DNA of 64,000 bases. It comes from Camelus dromedarius. Lineage: Eukaryota. Location: contig NC_087436.1 of the NCBI RefSeq assembly GCF_036321535.1, forward strand, positions 16,492,001 to 16,556,000, read 5' to 3'. Positions 12,763 through 26,746 of the stretch are shown here, piece by piece. The notes under the pieces are model-generated. The model did no database searches and was not told where the DNA came from. It worked only from the letters and a program-made list of their open reading frames with translations. Within the stretch, counting starts at the first letter, position 1. The number at the start of each line of letters is the position of its first letter. Position numbers and translations under genes: made by a program.

Positions 12763-13675
12763 CTGTGCACATGCAGTATACACAAAGGGGGAGACAGTAA
12801 GGAGAGCGGTTATTCAGCGAGTCTAAACATGCACACAGAGAGAAGGTAAAACAACCCGACCTCAAGGAAGTGGGGCAGGCGCTGAAGAGGAAGCAGCAGA
12901 CCTGCAGGAACTCCCCCAAACTCGGCAGTTGAAGAGAGGCTGATGCTTGAGGCAGTTTTTATTGATAGTATTTCACATGTTCTAGACTTCCCACGTGTAA
13001 AACCATGGGTTTTCACAGTCCTTTCTTTAATGGGAAATGATATCAGCAAAGCTATTCATAACTACCACAAGCAAGCCTTATAGAATCAATATATCAAGAC
13101 TTGGGGGATATTTGAATTTTTTTAAAAGTGCCAAAAAAAAAAAACTAACAAAATTACGACAAGTCTATATATAGACTTAGGATCTGAAAGAAACTTAGAG
13201 GTTAAGTCTGACTCTGACATAAGTAGCACTACTTTCCAACAATAATCGTTGCTACCATTAAATTGCTTGATGAAGGAAAAGCCTGTGGAAACTTATCAGG
13301 TAAATACAGTTCTGTTAGGGGTTTATGTGGATGTTTTTAACCAATAAAAGAAGAGAATACCCACAATCAAATATCACAAAATTAAAAATGCAGCTCACAC
13401 TGGTCAAAATGTGAAACACTTCTATGGAAATACCAGGAGAAGCCTCTAGGTAAGACTGTTCTCGAGAAAGCATGTCAAAACAAGTTTCTTAGGACACTTA
13501 CTATAACTTTGAGAAACAGACTTAAATTTTTCGATTTAAAAAATCACGTCATCTCTATGCTGTTCTGGATCCTAGCTACAAACAGGACGGGAAAGACCAC
13601 TCATTTATATTAAAGAGAATTAAAGGAGAGTGATCTGCCCCTTTTGTGACTATCCATTCCTCTCCTGTTCATTAC

Positions 13676-13777
13676 CTGAAGCTGGTGATTTGCTGCGTCG
13701 AGAAGGCCCAGGGCTCTTGGATCCAGAATACTTAACAGCTGCCGAGCGAGAATAAGATGACTTCAAGACGCGGCATT
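13676..13777 (-). CDS. DCLK2: DCLK2 coding exon (about exon 4; start of Ser/Pro-rich region), 102 nt
   Basis: cttcctttctAG|AATGCCGC...GCTTCAG|GTAATG gives (E)CRVLKSSYSRSAAVKYSGSKSPGPSRRSKSPAS. Phase 1/1, in frame with the previous exon. Confidence 0.97.
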
Positions 13778-15149
13778 CTAGAAAGGAAGGGAAGTGCATT
13801 ATATCGTTCTGGTTTTAATTTTAACCAAAGGACGATCACACGTTACAGTAGTTTACTGCCTAGAACCATTACCTGATCATCTTTTTTATCACTGTTACAC
13901 GACTTTAATACATAAAGCAACTCCTGAGGTTATCTTAAATTAGGCTTCACATCTTGTGACATCTCTTCATTGTTCCAGATGGAGTTCTTAACGCTGAAAT
14001 CACAAGGTCCTGGCTTGATTCACACACACCTGCAGCCTAACTACACATGTGCAACTTATTTTTTAATTATTATTTTATTATTTTGCATTGAGAAGCAAAG
14101 GCTACAACAAAGAGTTCTCTCCAACTCATTGATAATTTTATTTTGAAACGATATATAGGGCTGTAATTTATGAACCCCTTGCTGTCTTATTTTCCATCTG
14201 CCCAAAGTATGAAGCATCAAAAAATGAGGAAACGAGCTTTAAACAATAACTTTGGCCTTTCCATCAACTGCCAAATAAATTAGCACGCAGAGTTCCAGAA
14301 CTAATTACACAGCTAAAATAATCGCTTCTAATTTGAATAATTATGAACATTGGTTTTGGAGTCACGTAGATTTTGGATGAATCAAGGATTTGACTTTGCT
14401 AATTGGTGGACCTCGGTTAGGTCTAAGTCTCAGTCTTCACCCCTCTGAAACTGGGATAAGAATAAATCTGCTTCTTAGGCTTGTTGTAAGGGCAAAATCA
14501 GATAACACATTATTTGTAATTCACATTAAAATACTTCAATTTATGCAGAAAGATGAAAATGTGGGTTGGTTTTAATCTATACCCCAGGGGCAATAAATTA
14601 ACAAGTGAAGTACCCTAATCAGGAAAATACACACCAGGGGAGGTTAGTTAGCATTTGAAAGACTCTAATCAAAACCTCGCTCAGAGGGGGCCGCAGCCAC
14701 GCCAGCTTAGTTAATTAGCATCATGGGTGTTGGAGAGTATTCCGCTGTTGAAAGGAGTGGTGTGGTGAACTGGTTGGAAACTTCTCAAAGGCACTGCCAC
14801 GCTTTCAGGAGCAGGATGTGTAAATCCAGAGAGCCAGTAACTGGAACTTCAGAACTACACCTGAGGTTTAGGAATCTGAGCCTGTCCTACATCGAGCTCT
14901 CAACAGAGAAATCTGCTCCTTGACTAAGGCTAGGTTAGCTGAAGTCTGGATTCTGAATGGATCTTTAATGTAGGATGTAGTCAGAAGCATAAAGGGCAGA
15001 GTTGGGACTTGTCCAGACTACAGCACAAGTTAAATAGCTGAGTTAAAAAAAAAAAAAAAACTTTGCCTCCTAGTAAATGTACTTGTAGCAGAATTAGGCC
15101 TGAGACTTGCTTTCACTGTGGTGGTATAATAACAACATTAACAAAAACA

Positions 15150-15272
15150 GGGTGGGAGAATATAGCTTAGCAGTGGAGCACATATTTGCATAAACATGGT
15201 CCAGCACCTCCTCTAAAAATAAATTAATAAGTAAACCTAATTATCTCCCACCCCAAAAATAAAAATAAATTA
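15150..15272 (+). mobile_element. Degenerate tRNA-derived SINE
   Basis: gggagaatatagcttagcagtggagcacat...cacctcctctaaaaataaattaataagtaaacctaattatctcc; same body as the 43953 copy. Confidence 0.65.
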
Positions 15273-16930
15273 AAACAACAACAGTAATAGCAATAGCACA
15301 TACTTTGTGATGGGCACCCTTCCAACTGCTATCACATATTAGCTCATTTAATCCTGACAAAATTTTATGAAAAAGCCACTATTATCCCCAGTTTGCAGAA
15401 GGTTCAGTAATTAGTGATTGAGAGGGGAAGAAACCAGTAACTTTCACCCACCTCTAACAACAGGAGTTTGCCCATAGCCAAAACAAAACAAAACAAAAAA
15501 CCATGAATGATTCAAAAAGCTTAGGTAAATCGACAACATGCATGTAAAGCACTGAGTACAATGCCTGGTACACGCACAGCAAGTGCTCAATAAATGTTTT
15601 TTGCTGTTGTTTCCCAAGTTAACTTTACAACCTAGAACACATTCAAAATGACTAATGCTGACATCAAAGAAATATTATGAAATGAAATTAAGCTAAAAGT
15701 TTTCAAAAGATGTAAAATACAGATCATAACGTAAATGCACGTTTTTTCAGTCAACTCATGAGGACAGGGGAGAGCATTAGCGTAGATGATGTCTTCAGCT
15801 CTTTAAGGACTTCCTGATGGTATTACCAGTTTAAAGCAGAGCCAGTCCAGTAGAGCACAAGACAGTAAAGAAATGCTCAGATTTGGCAGCAGCGAAAAAG
15901 CAAAAGACTAGATACATGAGGCCCACGCACAAAGTAGGTTAAGTTACACGTAGATAACTGACACAGTGTAACAGGAAGGAATTACACATGGAAGTCTGGC
16001 ACCAGAGAATGTATCATCTTGAATTTTAAAAAGTCTACGGATCACCGGATCACTGTATTTATTTGGTAATATATTTCTCTAATTCTGGACTATCAGAATC
16101 ACCACAATTAGAAGGGTCAGTCTAACTGTTAAAAAGCCAGCTTTCCTTGTTCATGAAATTAAAGAGTGAGACTGAATCTCTAACATCCTTCTTCTCTGTG
16201 AAATGTTATGTCTGTATGATTTTACCTCATTTAAAAATGAAGTTGACTTTACTATCAGCTAAAAAAAAAAAAATCACGATTATTGTGATAGGTTTAAATT
16301 AACTCCAGACAACAGAGTAAAACGATATTCCCAGAATCAATCACATTTAAAATCACTGAGGTTATTGCTAAATACTTGAAAATTCCATTTTTCTTGGCTA
16401 AAATTAAGAGAAAGGAATTTTCTTATTCCATCAGTGAAAACAATTTTATTTTTTCTGCATATATAAACAATGCACGTAACTGTTTTTTAAAAAGTTGCAA
16501 ACGAACAATGAGGTAAAAAGAACCCTGAGATAATCACTATTAACAACTTATTAGCCTGTTATCTCTTTACAGGCATGGAAAATGCAGAATGAACCTTTCA
16601 GGTTTAACACTATCCATACATTTAAGATGGCAGAGCCAGGCACCATTCTGCAAGAAGGGAGGAAATCCATTTCAGAGGCAAAACAATGCAGTAAAAAGAG
16701 ATGGAAACAACTTGCTTTAAAAAAAATGAAAAAAAACTTGAATTAGGTTTTTCTTTTTTTTTTTTTTTGCAACTAGATAAATATTTTCACTTTATTTTCT
16801 ACTTTTATTAATTCAAAAAGAATACTGTCAAAGCTATCTTTCTTCAACACATCAGACCACTTAACATGCACAAGTGACAACCCCAAGCCTCCGTTTCAGG
16901 GTGACAAAGACCATCAATGAACTGCCTTAC

Positions 16931-17033
16931 CACTGTGATCCAGGACAAAGTCATCTTGGGCATAACGGAATTTTTCAGGTCCACATGCAATAAAAACATC
17001 ATCATCACCAAAAAAGTCCTGCAGACAAGTAAC
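16931..17033 (-). CDS. DCLK2: DCLK2 coding exon (about exon 3; end of second doublecortin domain), 103 nt
   Basis: Minus strand tttttAG|GTTACTTGT...CACAGTG|GTAAG translates [34 protein letters not shown], a DCX-family motif. The [11 protein letters not shown] ending matches DCLK2 as I recall it. Phase 0 in, phase 1 out. Confidence 0.97.
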
Positions 17034-18102
17034 CTAAAAAAAAAAAATCATGTCCAAGAAATAAATTAGAAACATTAGAAATGAAATAAAAATTAGCAAA
17101 ATTGAATATATTTTCAAGCATCATATATAATGCTGGGTTGGAATGAAGAACTATTTCACAGCACACATTTCCAAGCATCTTACTATTTACAAAGCACTTT
17201 CACACACTGTCTCTTGATCTGAGAACAATAAAATGAGGGGCTCATAGCTGACATCAACATTCCTGTTTCACAGGTGAAGTGCAGGGCATCCACAGGAGGT
17301 TTAGTGATGGTTTCCTGGTTTCCCGTTAACTGGTGGCAAAGCTGGAGCTGACAGAGGTCTCAGTCCCCAGTTCAGTGCTCTTTACTCTTCCACCCTTCCC
17401 CTCTCCCGGTGACTCCACACCCAGCCACGCCAGCCTGGGCATGACCTCTCTGTACCACAGGCACAGTGCACCTTAGGTTGTGATGAGGATTCGTGTATGA
17501 AAACCGCTCATATGTGTTAACACTCATCTCTACCACCACCATCGTTATCACTAAGAACAGAGGAAGACTTGCCACGAAGCCCTTCCAAGGCCTGTACCTA
17601 AATATACAGTCTTTTTTCACTCCCTCCCCCAATACTGTATCAGTTTCAGGTCCTGCAGAACCTGGATCCACCCCCAGGGGGCTCAGCCATCCATTCACCC
17701 TGGTGGTGACAAGAAGAACCACCTTCCAGGGCTTTGGATGAACACAGGCTTCACTTTCACCTGTTTTAATGGGATGTATGAGATTTCTTTTTTTAAAAGT
17801 ACTCCTCTCCCAATAATAACGAAGTTTAAAAAAAAAAATCAGTGCTCTAGTACTTGGAAGGATTGAGCTATGTCAGTAATTCGTTGTCTTCCTGATCACT
17901 ATTTAGCTTTCCATTGGCGGTGGTGGGGGTGGGGGGTGAATCTCACAGCAGAGTTAGAAAGAAGCACACGAGAAATACAGGGAACTAGATGCAGGAAGTG
18001 GGACAGGCAGGGATGCAGCTCCAGTCATTCCAATTCTGGTCCAGCGAGATGTGGCTTCTGTACGTCACTGCAGCTCAGCTCAGGGCACAGTGTTTTTAAA
18101 GT

Positions 18103-18468
18103 GTTTCCATCAGTTGGCGCTGCTTTAACAAATCACCATAGACTGGTAGCTTAAACAACAGACTTTTATTTCTCCCAGTTCTGGAGGCTGAAAGTCCGGG
18201 ATCAGAGTGCCATTGTGGGTGGGGTGTGGGCAGAGCCCTCTTGCTGGTTTCCTCACATGGCGAGGGGGTTGCAGAGAGGACACAGGAGGAAGCAGGTTCT
18301 CTCCTGTCTCTTCTCTAAGGGCACTAATCCCACGTGGGGGGCCCACCCTCATGACCTCCTCTAACGCTAATTACCTCCCAAAGGCCCCTCCTCCTAATAC
18401 CATCGCACTGGGGATTAGGGTTCCAACATACACATTTTAGGGAGACACAGACAGACAGTTTGTAATAG
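18103..18468 (-). mobile_element. MaLR MLT1A/B-type solo LTR
   Basis: gctgctttaacaaatcaccatagactggtagcttaaacaacag...cagttctggaggctg...catcgcactggggattaggg. Confidence 0.85.
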
Positions 18469-18944
18469 AGAGTAACATTTTTCACCTTTCCTGATAAACC
18501 CGTTTCTCTTCATCTCAGTTGGCAATCGCACACACCCCTTCCTCCACGCTGGCGTCCTGGGAGCCAGTCTTTCCTCCCTTCTCCACCAACCCCTCCCAAC
18601 GCTTTTCTGTCCACATGGCTCTCAAGCATTTCTTTCCCTACTCCTGGGTTCAGCCCTCACTTTCTCTTGCCCGGCTCCTGTCACTGGTCCAGTAGCTCCA
18701 GTCACCCCTCTCCTTCTAAGCATGGAAACAAATGAAGACCATGCTGGCACTGCAGTCTCCCACAGGTGCCGGGTGACCACACCACGTCTAGCGCTCCCCG
18801 ACTTCCCTCCTTGACAGAGCACACGAGACGGACCCCGCCTGACCCTCCAACCCTGCCTTTGCCATTTCTTCTGCACACTTGCTCCTCGGCCACACCAGGA
18901 CCTCTCTGGGTTCCCTACAGTATGGGTGCTGGTGGTTCTCTGTT

Positions 18945-19385
18945 GTTAAACAGATTTAGGGAAACACAATTCACAAACCATACAATTCACTCATTTAGAG
19001 CAAACAATTCAATGGTGTTTAGTGTATTCAGAGTCCAGGAACCATCACCGCAATCTATTTGAGGACACTTCCATCATCTAAAAAGAACTGCCCCAGGCCC
19101 ATTATCATTCACCCCCCAGGCCTCCCTCTCCTCATTCTGAAGGTCCATCGTCCACTTTCTGTCTCTACAGATTTGTCTGTCCTGGACGTTTTATATAAAT
19201 CAAATCATATAATACGTAGCATTTTGCAACTGTCTTCTTTTACTCAGCACGTGTTTAAGGTTCGCCTGTGCTGTGGCACATGTTAGTACTTCATTCCTTT
19301 CTACAGCTGAGTAATACTCGGTTGTATGGACACCACATTTTGTGGATTCGATCACCACTTAGGGGACATCTGGGTAATTTCTACC
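18945..19385 (-). mobile_element. Old L1M 3' end
   Basis: aattcacaaaccatacaattcactcattta...ctttctgtctctacagatttgtctgtcctggac...ggacatctgggt. Confidence 0.8.
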
Positions 19386-20689
19386 TCAGTGCTGGCGCTT
19401 ACTACCATATGCTTCCTCAAGCCGTTCCTCAGCCTGAAGTGGCCTTTCTGACTACACTGTGGTGCCGTGACCTCCAGGCAGGCAATGGCATTTCCTATTC
19501 TTCATTCCCCAGGGTCTGAATGAACTGTGGCTTGGTATGGAGCTGCTCCTAGTGGAACTGAGTTCTCAGACACAGAAATGACTTCTCTGGGTGAGTGGTG
19601 TCACAGATGCAATCTTCACCACCATCATTTGTTTTCAGGACTTAAGAGGGTTTAGGCATCACTGAACCTCTCTGAATTCTCTCTGTCCTGTAGATGTATT
19701 ATCTCATCAATTCCTACAAAAACCATGAGTTTGACATCATTATCACTCCTCATTTACAAAAAAAAAAAAAAAAAAAAAGTCTAGAGGGAGCAACTTGCCC
19801 ACATGCGGGTCGTGAATAGGAGCACAGGAGTTTAGACACGGCCCCTCCACTTCCACATCTCTGCTTTGAACTTACACCATGGTGCCTCCTCCTCCTGTGG
19901 AATCCCACAGTTCATCTTTCTAACTTTTACAGTTCATATCACGTTCTATTTTGTTTTTATAGTCATTTATGTCTCTTATCTCCATCTACTTTGTTTTTTT
20001 ACACATATATATTTAATAAAAGGTTCTTAAATGGAGCTGAATCCAGTTTTACTTCCTTGGCTAAATAAAACAGACATCTACCAAAGTTTAATCCAATTTT
20101 TAAAGGAACATTTCATTTGTTTCTATAATTAATTTAACATGAAAAAATAACAACTGAATTTAAAAAAAAATTCCTGTATGAATGTATCCGTCTGGAAAGT
20201 CAGTTAATTTTGAGTTTATTTTATTACAAGGAAATATTTCATCCATTTATTCTAGTCAAATGCCAAAGTAAAGAATTAAGTTGCCTATTATGCAGAATAA
20301 AAGTATTTAACAAGTTTAGAGAATAGAACAGATCAAAGCGGTGGTTCATCCCCCCTCCCCTAACAGTTCTGTTTAGTTCTTTCTAATCAATTGTTTAATA
20401 ATTTCACCTGTCAATATAAGTTGGGCTTTCCAATCATGGTTTGCATAAGATGTTTGCATTCCTTTAATTCATGTTCTAGCCATTAAATAAATATTTGGCT
20501 AAATAGTCAACCAGATTACATAATCAGTAATTAGGTTCAGATTTACCTGAATAAGTCATCACCACTCTCAAGAAATGATAGGTGTCATATAAATAAATGA
20601 TAAACTAAGATAAACATTATTTTGACTAATTCTATTAAGGTATACTCAGGATACTGACATACCTCATAAAATATTAAACTCTTCTGTTT

Positions 20690-20755
20690 TCATTCATTCA
20701 ACAAATTCATACTGAGAACTTACCACATGCCACTCACTATGCTAGCAACAGAAAC

Positions 20756-20788
<33 letters not shown>

Positions 20789-22640
20789 AGAAAGACAGAA
20801 ATCCTTGCCCTCATGGAGCAAGTATAAGCTGATGCACAACAAAAATGCACGAGTAGACTGGGACATTAGGCTGTACACTAGAAATTGACACTGTAACTGA
20901 TTATACATCAATAAAAAATACATGAGTAAATTTACACAATGTTAAAATGTGATAAGTGCTACAGAGAAAGATAGTAAGAAAGGGGAGCAGTGAATGCAGG
21001 GGACAGGTGCTGCCATGCTAAATAGAGTGGTCAGTGAAGGCTGAAATGGTGACATCTGACCAAAATATTAAGAGAGGTAATGGAGAAGCCACATGAATAT
21101 CTGGGGAGGGGTGTAAGTGGTTCCAGGAGAGGGAACAGAATATGCACAGGCCTCGGCGTGTTCATAGGAATCAGTCCTGGACCAGTTAGAGGGGAGGGGT
21201 TGACTGCAGAAGAGGTCAGCACAGTAAAGAAGGGAAGCAGATTGGGTAGGGCCTGCCAGCCCCTAGTCAGGACTCTACCTTTCCTCTGGGTGAGACGGGA
21301 AACCACTGGAGGCTTCAGAGCAGAGGACTGCCACAACATGACTTACTTCAAACAGCATCACGCCGTGTTCAGACCAAACTGCAGAAGGACAAGGACAGAC
21401 AGCAGCACGGTTGGAGGCTACTGCTACTCAGCAAGACAGGAGAGTGGCCTGTGCCAAGGTGTCAGGAGTGGATGGAATGAGAGGGGGTCTCACTGCTCCT
21501 TGGATATGGGGACATGAGAGAAAGAGAAGAGTATGTTGGCTCAGGGTTTTGGCTTGAGCCACCGGAAGGATGGGCTGGCCAGTAACTCTAGTGGAAGAGT
21601 TCAAGGTAACGGGCAAGGTTAGTGGTGGGAGGATGCTGGTGAATTCAGATTTGGAACATGAACTATGAAATGCCTATTAAATATCCAGGTGGAGGTGCTG
21701 GATGGAAAGTTGGACATAAATCTGAATTTCATGGGAGAGAGCTAGCCTGGAGATGTAAATTTGGGTCTCACCAACAGGTGAATGGTCTTTAAAACCTTGA
21801 GGTTAATTACAGCAGTGAATGTACACAGGGAAGAGGGCTAAGGCCTGAGCCCCAAAACACAGCCACATCACAAGGTCAAGGAGAAGAAGTGAAACCAGTG
21901 AAGAAGACTGACAAGGAACAGTCAACGAGGGAGGAAGAAAAGCAAGACTCTGTACGTCACGGAAACGAAGCTCAGAAAGTGTTTTGAGGAGGGAGCAATC
22001 CACTGGGTCAGTGTTACATGGCCATGGAACTGAGCACCACGGAGGTCATGAGGGTCTTTAAGTTGTTTTGGTGTAGTGGCTAAAATGAAAGTCTAACTGG
22101 AGTGGGAGACAGGAGAAGAACTGGTGACACTGAGTACAGACAACTTTTTCAAGGCATTTTGACTGGAAAGGTGGGACAGAGAAGTGGGAAGGTGGCGGAA
22201 GGAAGAAGGGAGTCCACGGTTAACACAACTTATTTTTCAAGATGAGAGAAATAACACAGGTTACTATGCTGTTGAAATTATCTAGTAGGGGGGAAAATGG
22301 TGATTCAAGAAAAGGGAGCTGCATCCCTTTGTGAGAGGAGATGGATCAGTGTGCAGGGAAAAGGACTCAACCTGCATGAGAATGCGGTCAGTCTTCGACT
22401 ACAAAGGAAGCTGGCTGGAAGCTGCCAGGTGGGGACACGTATGTGGTGGGGAGGCTGGTGGATTGCTTCCTGCTTCACCAAGAAAATTGAAGCAAAGTCA
22501 TTAGCTCACAGTGAGACTGGGGGAGGAGGTACAGCAGATTCGAGGAGAAAGAAAAGGTGTGAAATTGCAATCTGTGATTGTGGGGAGAATGAACAAGGAG
22601 GGAAATGAGATGGGCCTGCAGGCAGCATCAAGGGCCCACT
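20690..22640 (-). mobile_element. Long L2 LINE relic (about 2 kb), interrupted by a poly-A tract and a tiny L1 tail at about 20860-20920
   Basis: Starts cattcattcaacaaat...ctgagaacttacc; continues with tgaaatgcctattaaatatccaggtggagg, ctggagatgtaaatttggg, gacaactttttcaagg. Confidence 0.85.
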
Positions 22641-25600
22641 GGGGGTCCCACAGTCGGCATGATAGACATTCTTTGTCCTAAGACTAGAAAGCAGCTACCG
22701 GCCTGTACAGTGTTTAAGAAAAATAAAAACGTTTTAAGCTGGAATTGTTACTATTTCATTGGGCTGCATCTCAATAGCCAACAGAAGAAAACTGACAGGA
22801 ACCCAGATGATGCAAACAACTAGACTGCACCGATAATGAATAAATAAGGAAAGAATGGGAACTTCCCTCCCTCTGCTGCTGGCTGGCTTAAAATACAAGT
22901 CTCAGTTCATATTTTTCACAACGTAGATGGGTACTGCTATGCACTGTCATTACTGTGTTTAACTAAAACTATAAACTTAAAACACACTAGAAATAGAACA
23001 CCAGCAGGCAGGGATGCAAGTTGATGGGGACAAAGGTGAACCAAAACTGATATCCACAGAAGGGGAATGAGCAGATTCCAGTTCTGTTTTCACTCCCATC
23101 GTCTAGGATAACGCACTTGTGGTGGTATTTAAAATACAGGTGTCAGCCCAGAAGGCATGCCCTCAGCCAGCACAAGCTTTTGCTGGGAGCAGAGGACACC
23201 CTGCTGAGCCTGACTTTCCCCCCCACCCCCTCTTCTAAACAAGTAGAATCGTAGGTAAGATACTCAACCTCTCTGAGGCTCAGTCTACAACATGGGCAAG
23301 AAACCAGTTCCACTACATCTTTAAGGACTAAACATGACAGCATGTGAAAGGAGTTGATACATGTTATTTCTTCATTTTCATTAATTCATGGCCTCAAATA
23401 CTTTTTAAAAATTTTAACTCAATGGATAATCTTTTCTATAAGTATAACCAATAAACACACACTTTCCTACAAGTTCAATAAATTAGATATTTTCCCAGGG
23501 GAAAAAAAAATTCTAGCATTAATCAAGTGTCTACCACAGGCCAAGCATAAACAAAGAAGCACATAGTCTCACGGTAGAGATGAACAAGAAAAGCAGTAAT
23601 TACCATTCAAAACGTCACAATAGGCGAACACTGTAATAGAAGATCCGCCACAGGAGTAAAGCAGCCCAAAGAAGAAACAACTCGATGAAAAACAGCATCC
23701 CATAAAATACTCAATACCTTTAGAATATTCCACGTATCTGGACACATATATAATTCTTTTATTTTTTAAACATATTTCTTGTTCTTTAACTCTGGTGGTG
23801 TTTCTTCCTTCTATCACATATTTCAAAAACTGGCATTTAACACTGAGTCATGAGCCATGTCACTAAATGTGACTTCAGAAAATAACGTATCAATCCCACA
23901 AATAACGTCTCAAAATCACTCTTAATAAAGGCGAGGAAAAGTCTATCGGTTTAGAAGACCTCTTACGGTTTGTTTCTAAAGTCTTTCTTCAGTGCAAGAA
24001 ATTCTTCACGAATAATGGATGTTAGGTGGATTTTAAAAGCAAGCTACACAAAAGAGGGGCAGTAGTCCTCCTGCTAAGGCACAAAATTAAAGCCATCAGC
24101 AGGATCTAACAGGGAAACTCCAACTGAGAAATAATGTGTACACAAGAGCAGATCTAACTTTTCCAAATGAATGTGGGCCATTTAAAAACACTAATTTTTC
24201 AAAAAAAAATAAAAATAAAAACACTAATATTTCTATCCTTCAGTAGACAGATTAATTAGGGCAGGGTGAAGAGGTGGCAGGTGTAATTTCAGTGCTAGTT
24301 CTTAACAGATTGCCACACTCACTTTTTTTTCCTTTCACTATTTGGTCTGTGAAAGGATACAGAAACAGATACAGAGGCTTGAGGTCTGATAAAATATACT
24401 ATGCATGTATTAGGGGCATAATAAACTCTTTCCTCAAAAGAAAAAAGGCAGAAGACATAGGGATGTCATCCTTCCTGGACACTTACATTCTGAACCAGAA
24501 AAGGTCTCCATTTTCTGACTCCCCAGCTCTCTGGAAATCCTGTATGTCTTACTCTTCCCAGAGTTACTAAGGAGCTGGTGATAAAGCAGGTTGGAATTCT
24601 CTAAGATCATTTCCTACCACAAAGTTCTATAATCTAAATTTTTTAGTTTCTAAGAAAAGCTTATTTAGGATTTAGGACACTGCTTTCAGAAAAGCTGCCT
24701 TCATTTTTCTGAGGGAGAAAAAAAGGACCACTATTATAAGCGGGTAAATAGCAATGTTCATTTGGGATTTCTTTCGGTTCAAGTTTCAGCTTTATACGAC
24801 CTCAAAGAAATCGTCATCAATGAAACCTTCATGCCCTCCAAATCCAGGTTTTCCCTTAATACTCTGTCAAGCACAGACATTACCACTGAAGTCAACTGCC
24901 TGGTTTTGTGTCTGGACCTCTTACCAGACTGTGCATTCCACACACACACATTGCCTTGGTCATCACTAGAATTCCAGCATAGTACACAGCACCCAGAGTG
25001 TACACTTTGTGTTCAGCACATTTCTATTGAATTAATGAAATGCCCTGAGTCCCATTTCCTCCAGGTAGCCCGCCACCCCCACCCCAGAGGCTCCATCTTA
25101 CACTCTTTCTATGAATTCCTACCAACCCATTATTATGCAAGGTAGTCCTTGTTCCCAGATTTATGAGGGGTTTGTTTATGCCAAGATAATTGATAAACTC
25201 CTTGACTATACCAGTCAAACCCTGTAGCTCCCTAAGGAGGTATTCAGCAAATATTTGCTAATCAAATTTTGGCTCTGGACACCTTAAAATATTCATCTTA
25301 GCTCATGTAAATTCTTTCAGGAGTTAAACCTCATCATTATTTTAGGGTGATTTGAGAAAAATTCCTTATGAAATCTACTACTGCAACCATTTGGTAGAGG
25401 AGATTCATAGCAAAGCAACTTGAAATTAAACCTGCTATTTGGTGCCATTCAAAGACTTGGGGTTCTGTTAAATAAGGGTCTCTTGAGATACTTCACAAGT
25501 CTATTTTATGGAAAATTTCTAAGACCCAATAAAAATGCAAAAGAAACATCACTGGATCTCAGCGAGAGGCTAGTTTAAACTAACATCAACTTATCTAAAC

Positions 25601-26732
25601 CTATCTTGACCTAGAGTCAAGGTCAAAATCTTAGCCCCTTTGGAATGTCTACCTTTCGGAACAAGGACCACACTTTATAAAAGAAATAATGGCATGATAG
25701 ATATCAGAAGTAAAAATACATGGAATTGGAATTTACGGATTTTCTTTCATTTTAACTAGGTGTGTGTATACATGAAAGAAAGAAGAAGAGACGGAGAGAG
25801 AACAAAGGTCCGCACCTCCTGTTGAAATCAAATACTTTCATTATCAGAGTTCAGGTTTAAAAAGTGGCCTCTACAGAAAAGTAGTTTAGAAATAACATTT
25901 TTTTCTACCTTACTTCTAAAGAGGATTTGAAGGAGCTCCAGAAAGAAAGCCCAGGAAGTGGCTTATATTTGAAACTAAATTTTACAGGCTTTCAATGGAA
26001 TTGTATTGATATCCTTACTTTTCTCCCCCTAAGAAATGGTCACATTACAAGTTACAAATTGCCAAAAGAGAACTGCATTTAATTTTGAACCCCCCATGGG
26101 CTTTTCTATCATATATAATTTTTTAATCATATAAACAAATGGAAACATAAGTTTTTTAAGATGTAAAAAAAATCCAACTGACAATTTTAATATACAATAA
26201 AGGGTAAGCTTAGTAACTGCCTAAGCCATTATCTGCCTGTTTCTGCTGCTAGCAGGCGACATCTTTTTTAACAGACTGCCCTCGTAGATACTTGAAAGCT
26301 ATAAATTCAGCAGACTGACTACACCGTAACTAATATTATCCCAGACACACACCACCACCACCTTCTTTTTTTTTTTTGCCAGTTCTAGCTCTAGAATATA
26401 AGCTCTGCTTAAAATGAACAGGGAAATTGTACCTGAAATAAAGAATTAAAATAAGTCACTCAGTTTTTACAAAATGCTAGGAACAACAACCAGAAAAATA
26501 AATTCACAGGTCAGTAAGCAAGGACTGGCATTCTCCCTGACTTTTTTTTTTTTTTTTACCCTCTACCCAGAACACAATCAGCATAAATAGCCTGCTTTGT
26601 TCCCAGTAAATGTTGGCTGGCCTACAGTCAGGGAAGGGACTCCTTTATACAGCAAAGAAGAAAGCTACTTAGAATAGCAATGTTTTTCGGCTTCCTGTAA
26701 AACCATTCAGCCAGGCACTCACCAACCCTGTG

Positions 26733-26746
26733 GTTGCCATGGAAAC
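26733..26746. promoter_or_regulatory. RFX X-box motif GTTGCCATGGAAAC
   Basis: 13/14 match to the palindromic X-box GTTGCCATGGCAAC, in non-repeat sequence. Confidence 0.6.

Noticed and set aside
22029..22050. REST/RE1-like ctgagcaccacggagg
   Set aside because: The right half-site is degenerate and it lies within an L2 relic.
26425..26460. Recursive-splice-like ttctttatttcAG|GTACAA on the minus strand
   Set aside because: The reconstituted donor is weak and there is no partner site; unsupported without sawtooth RNA-seq coverage.
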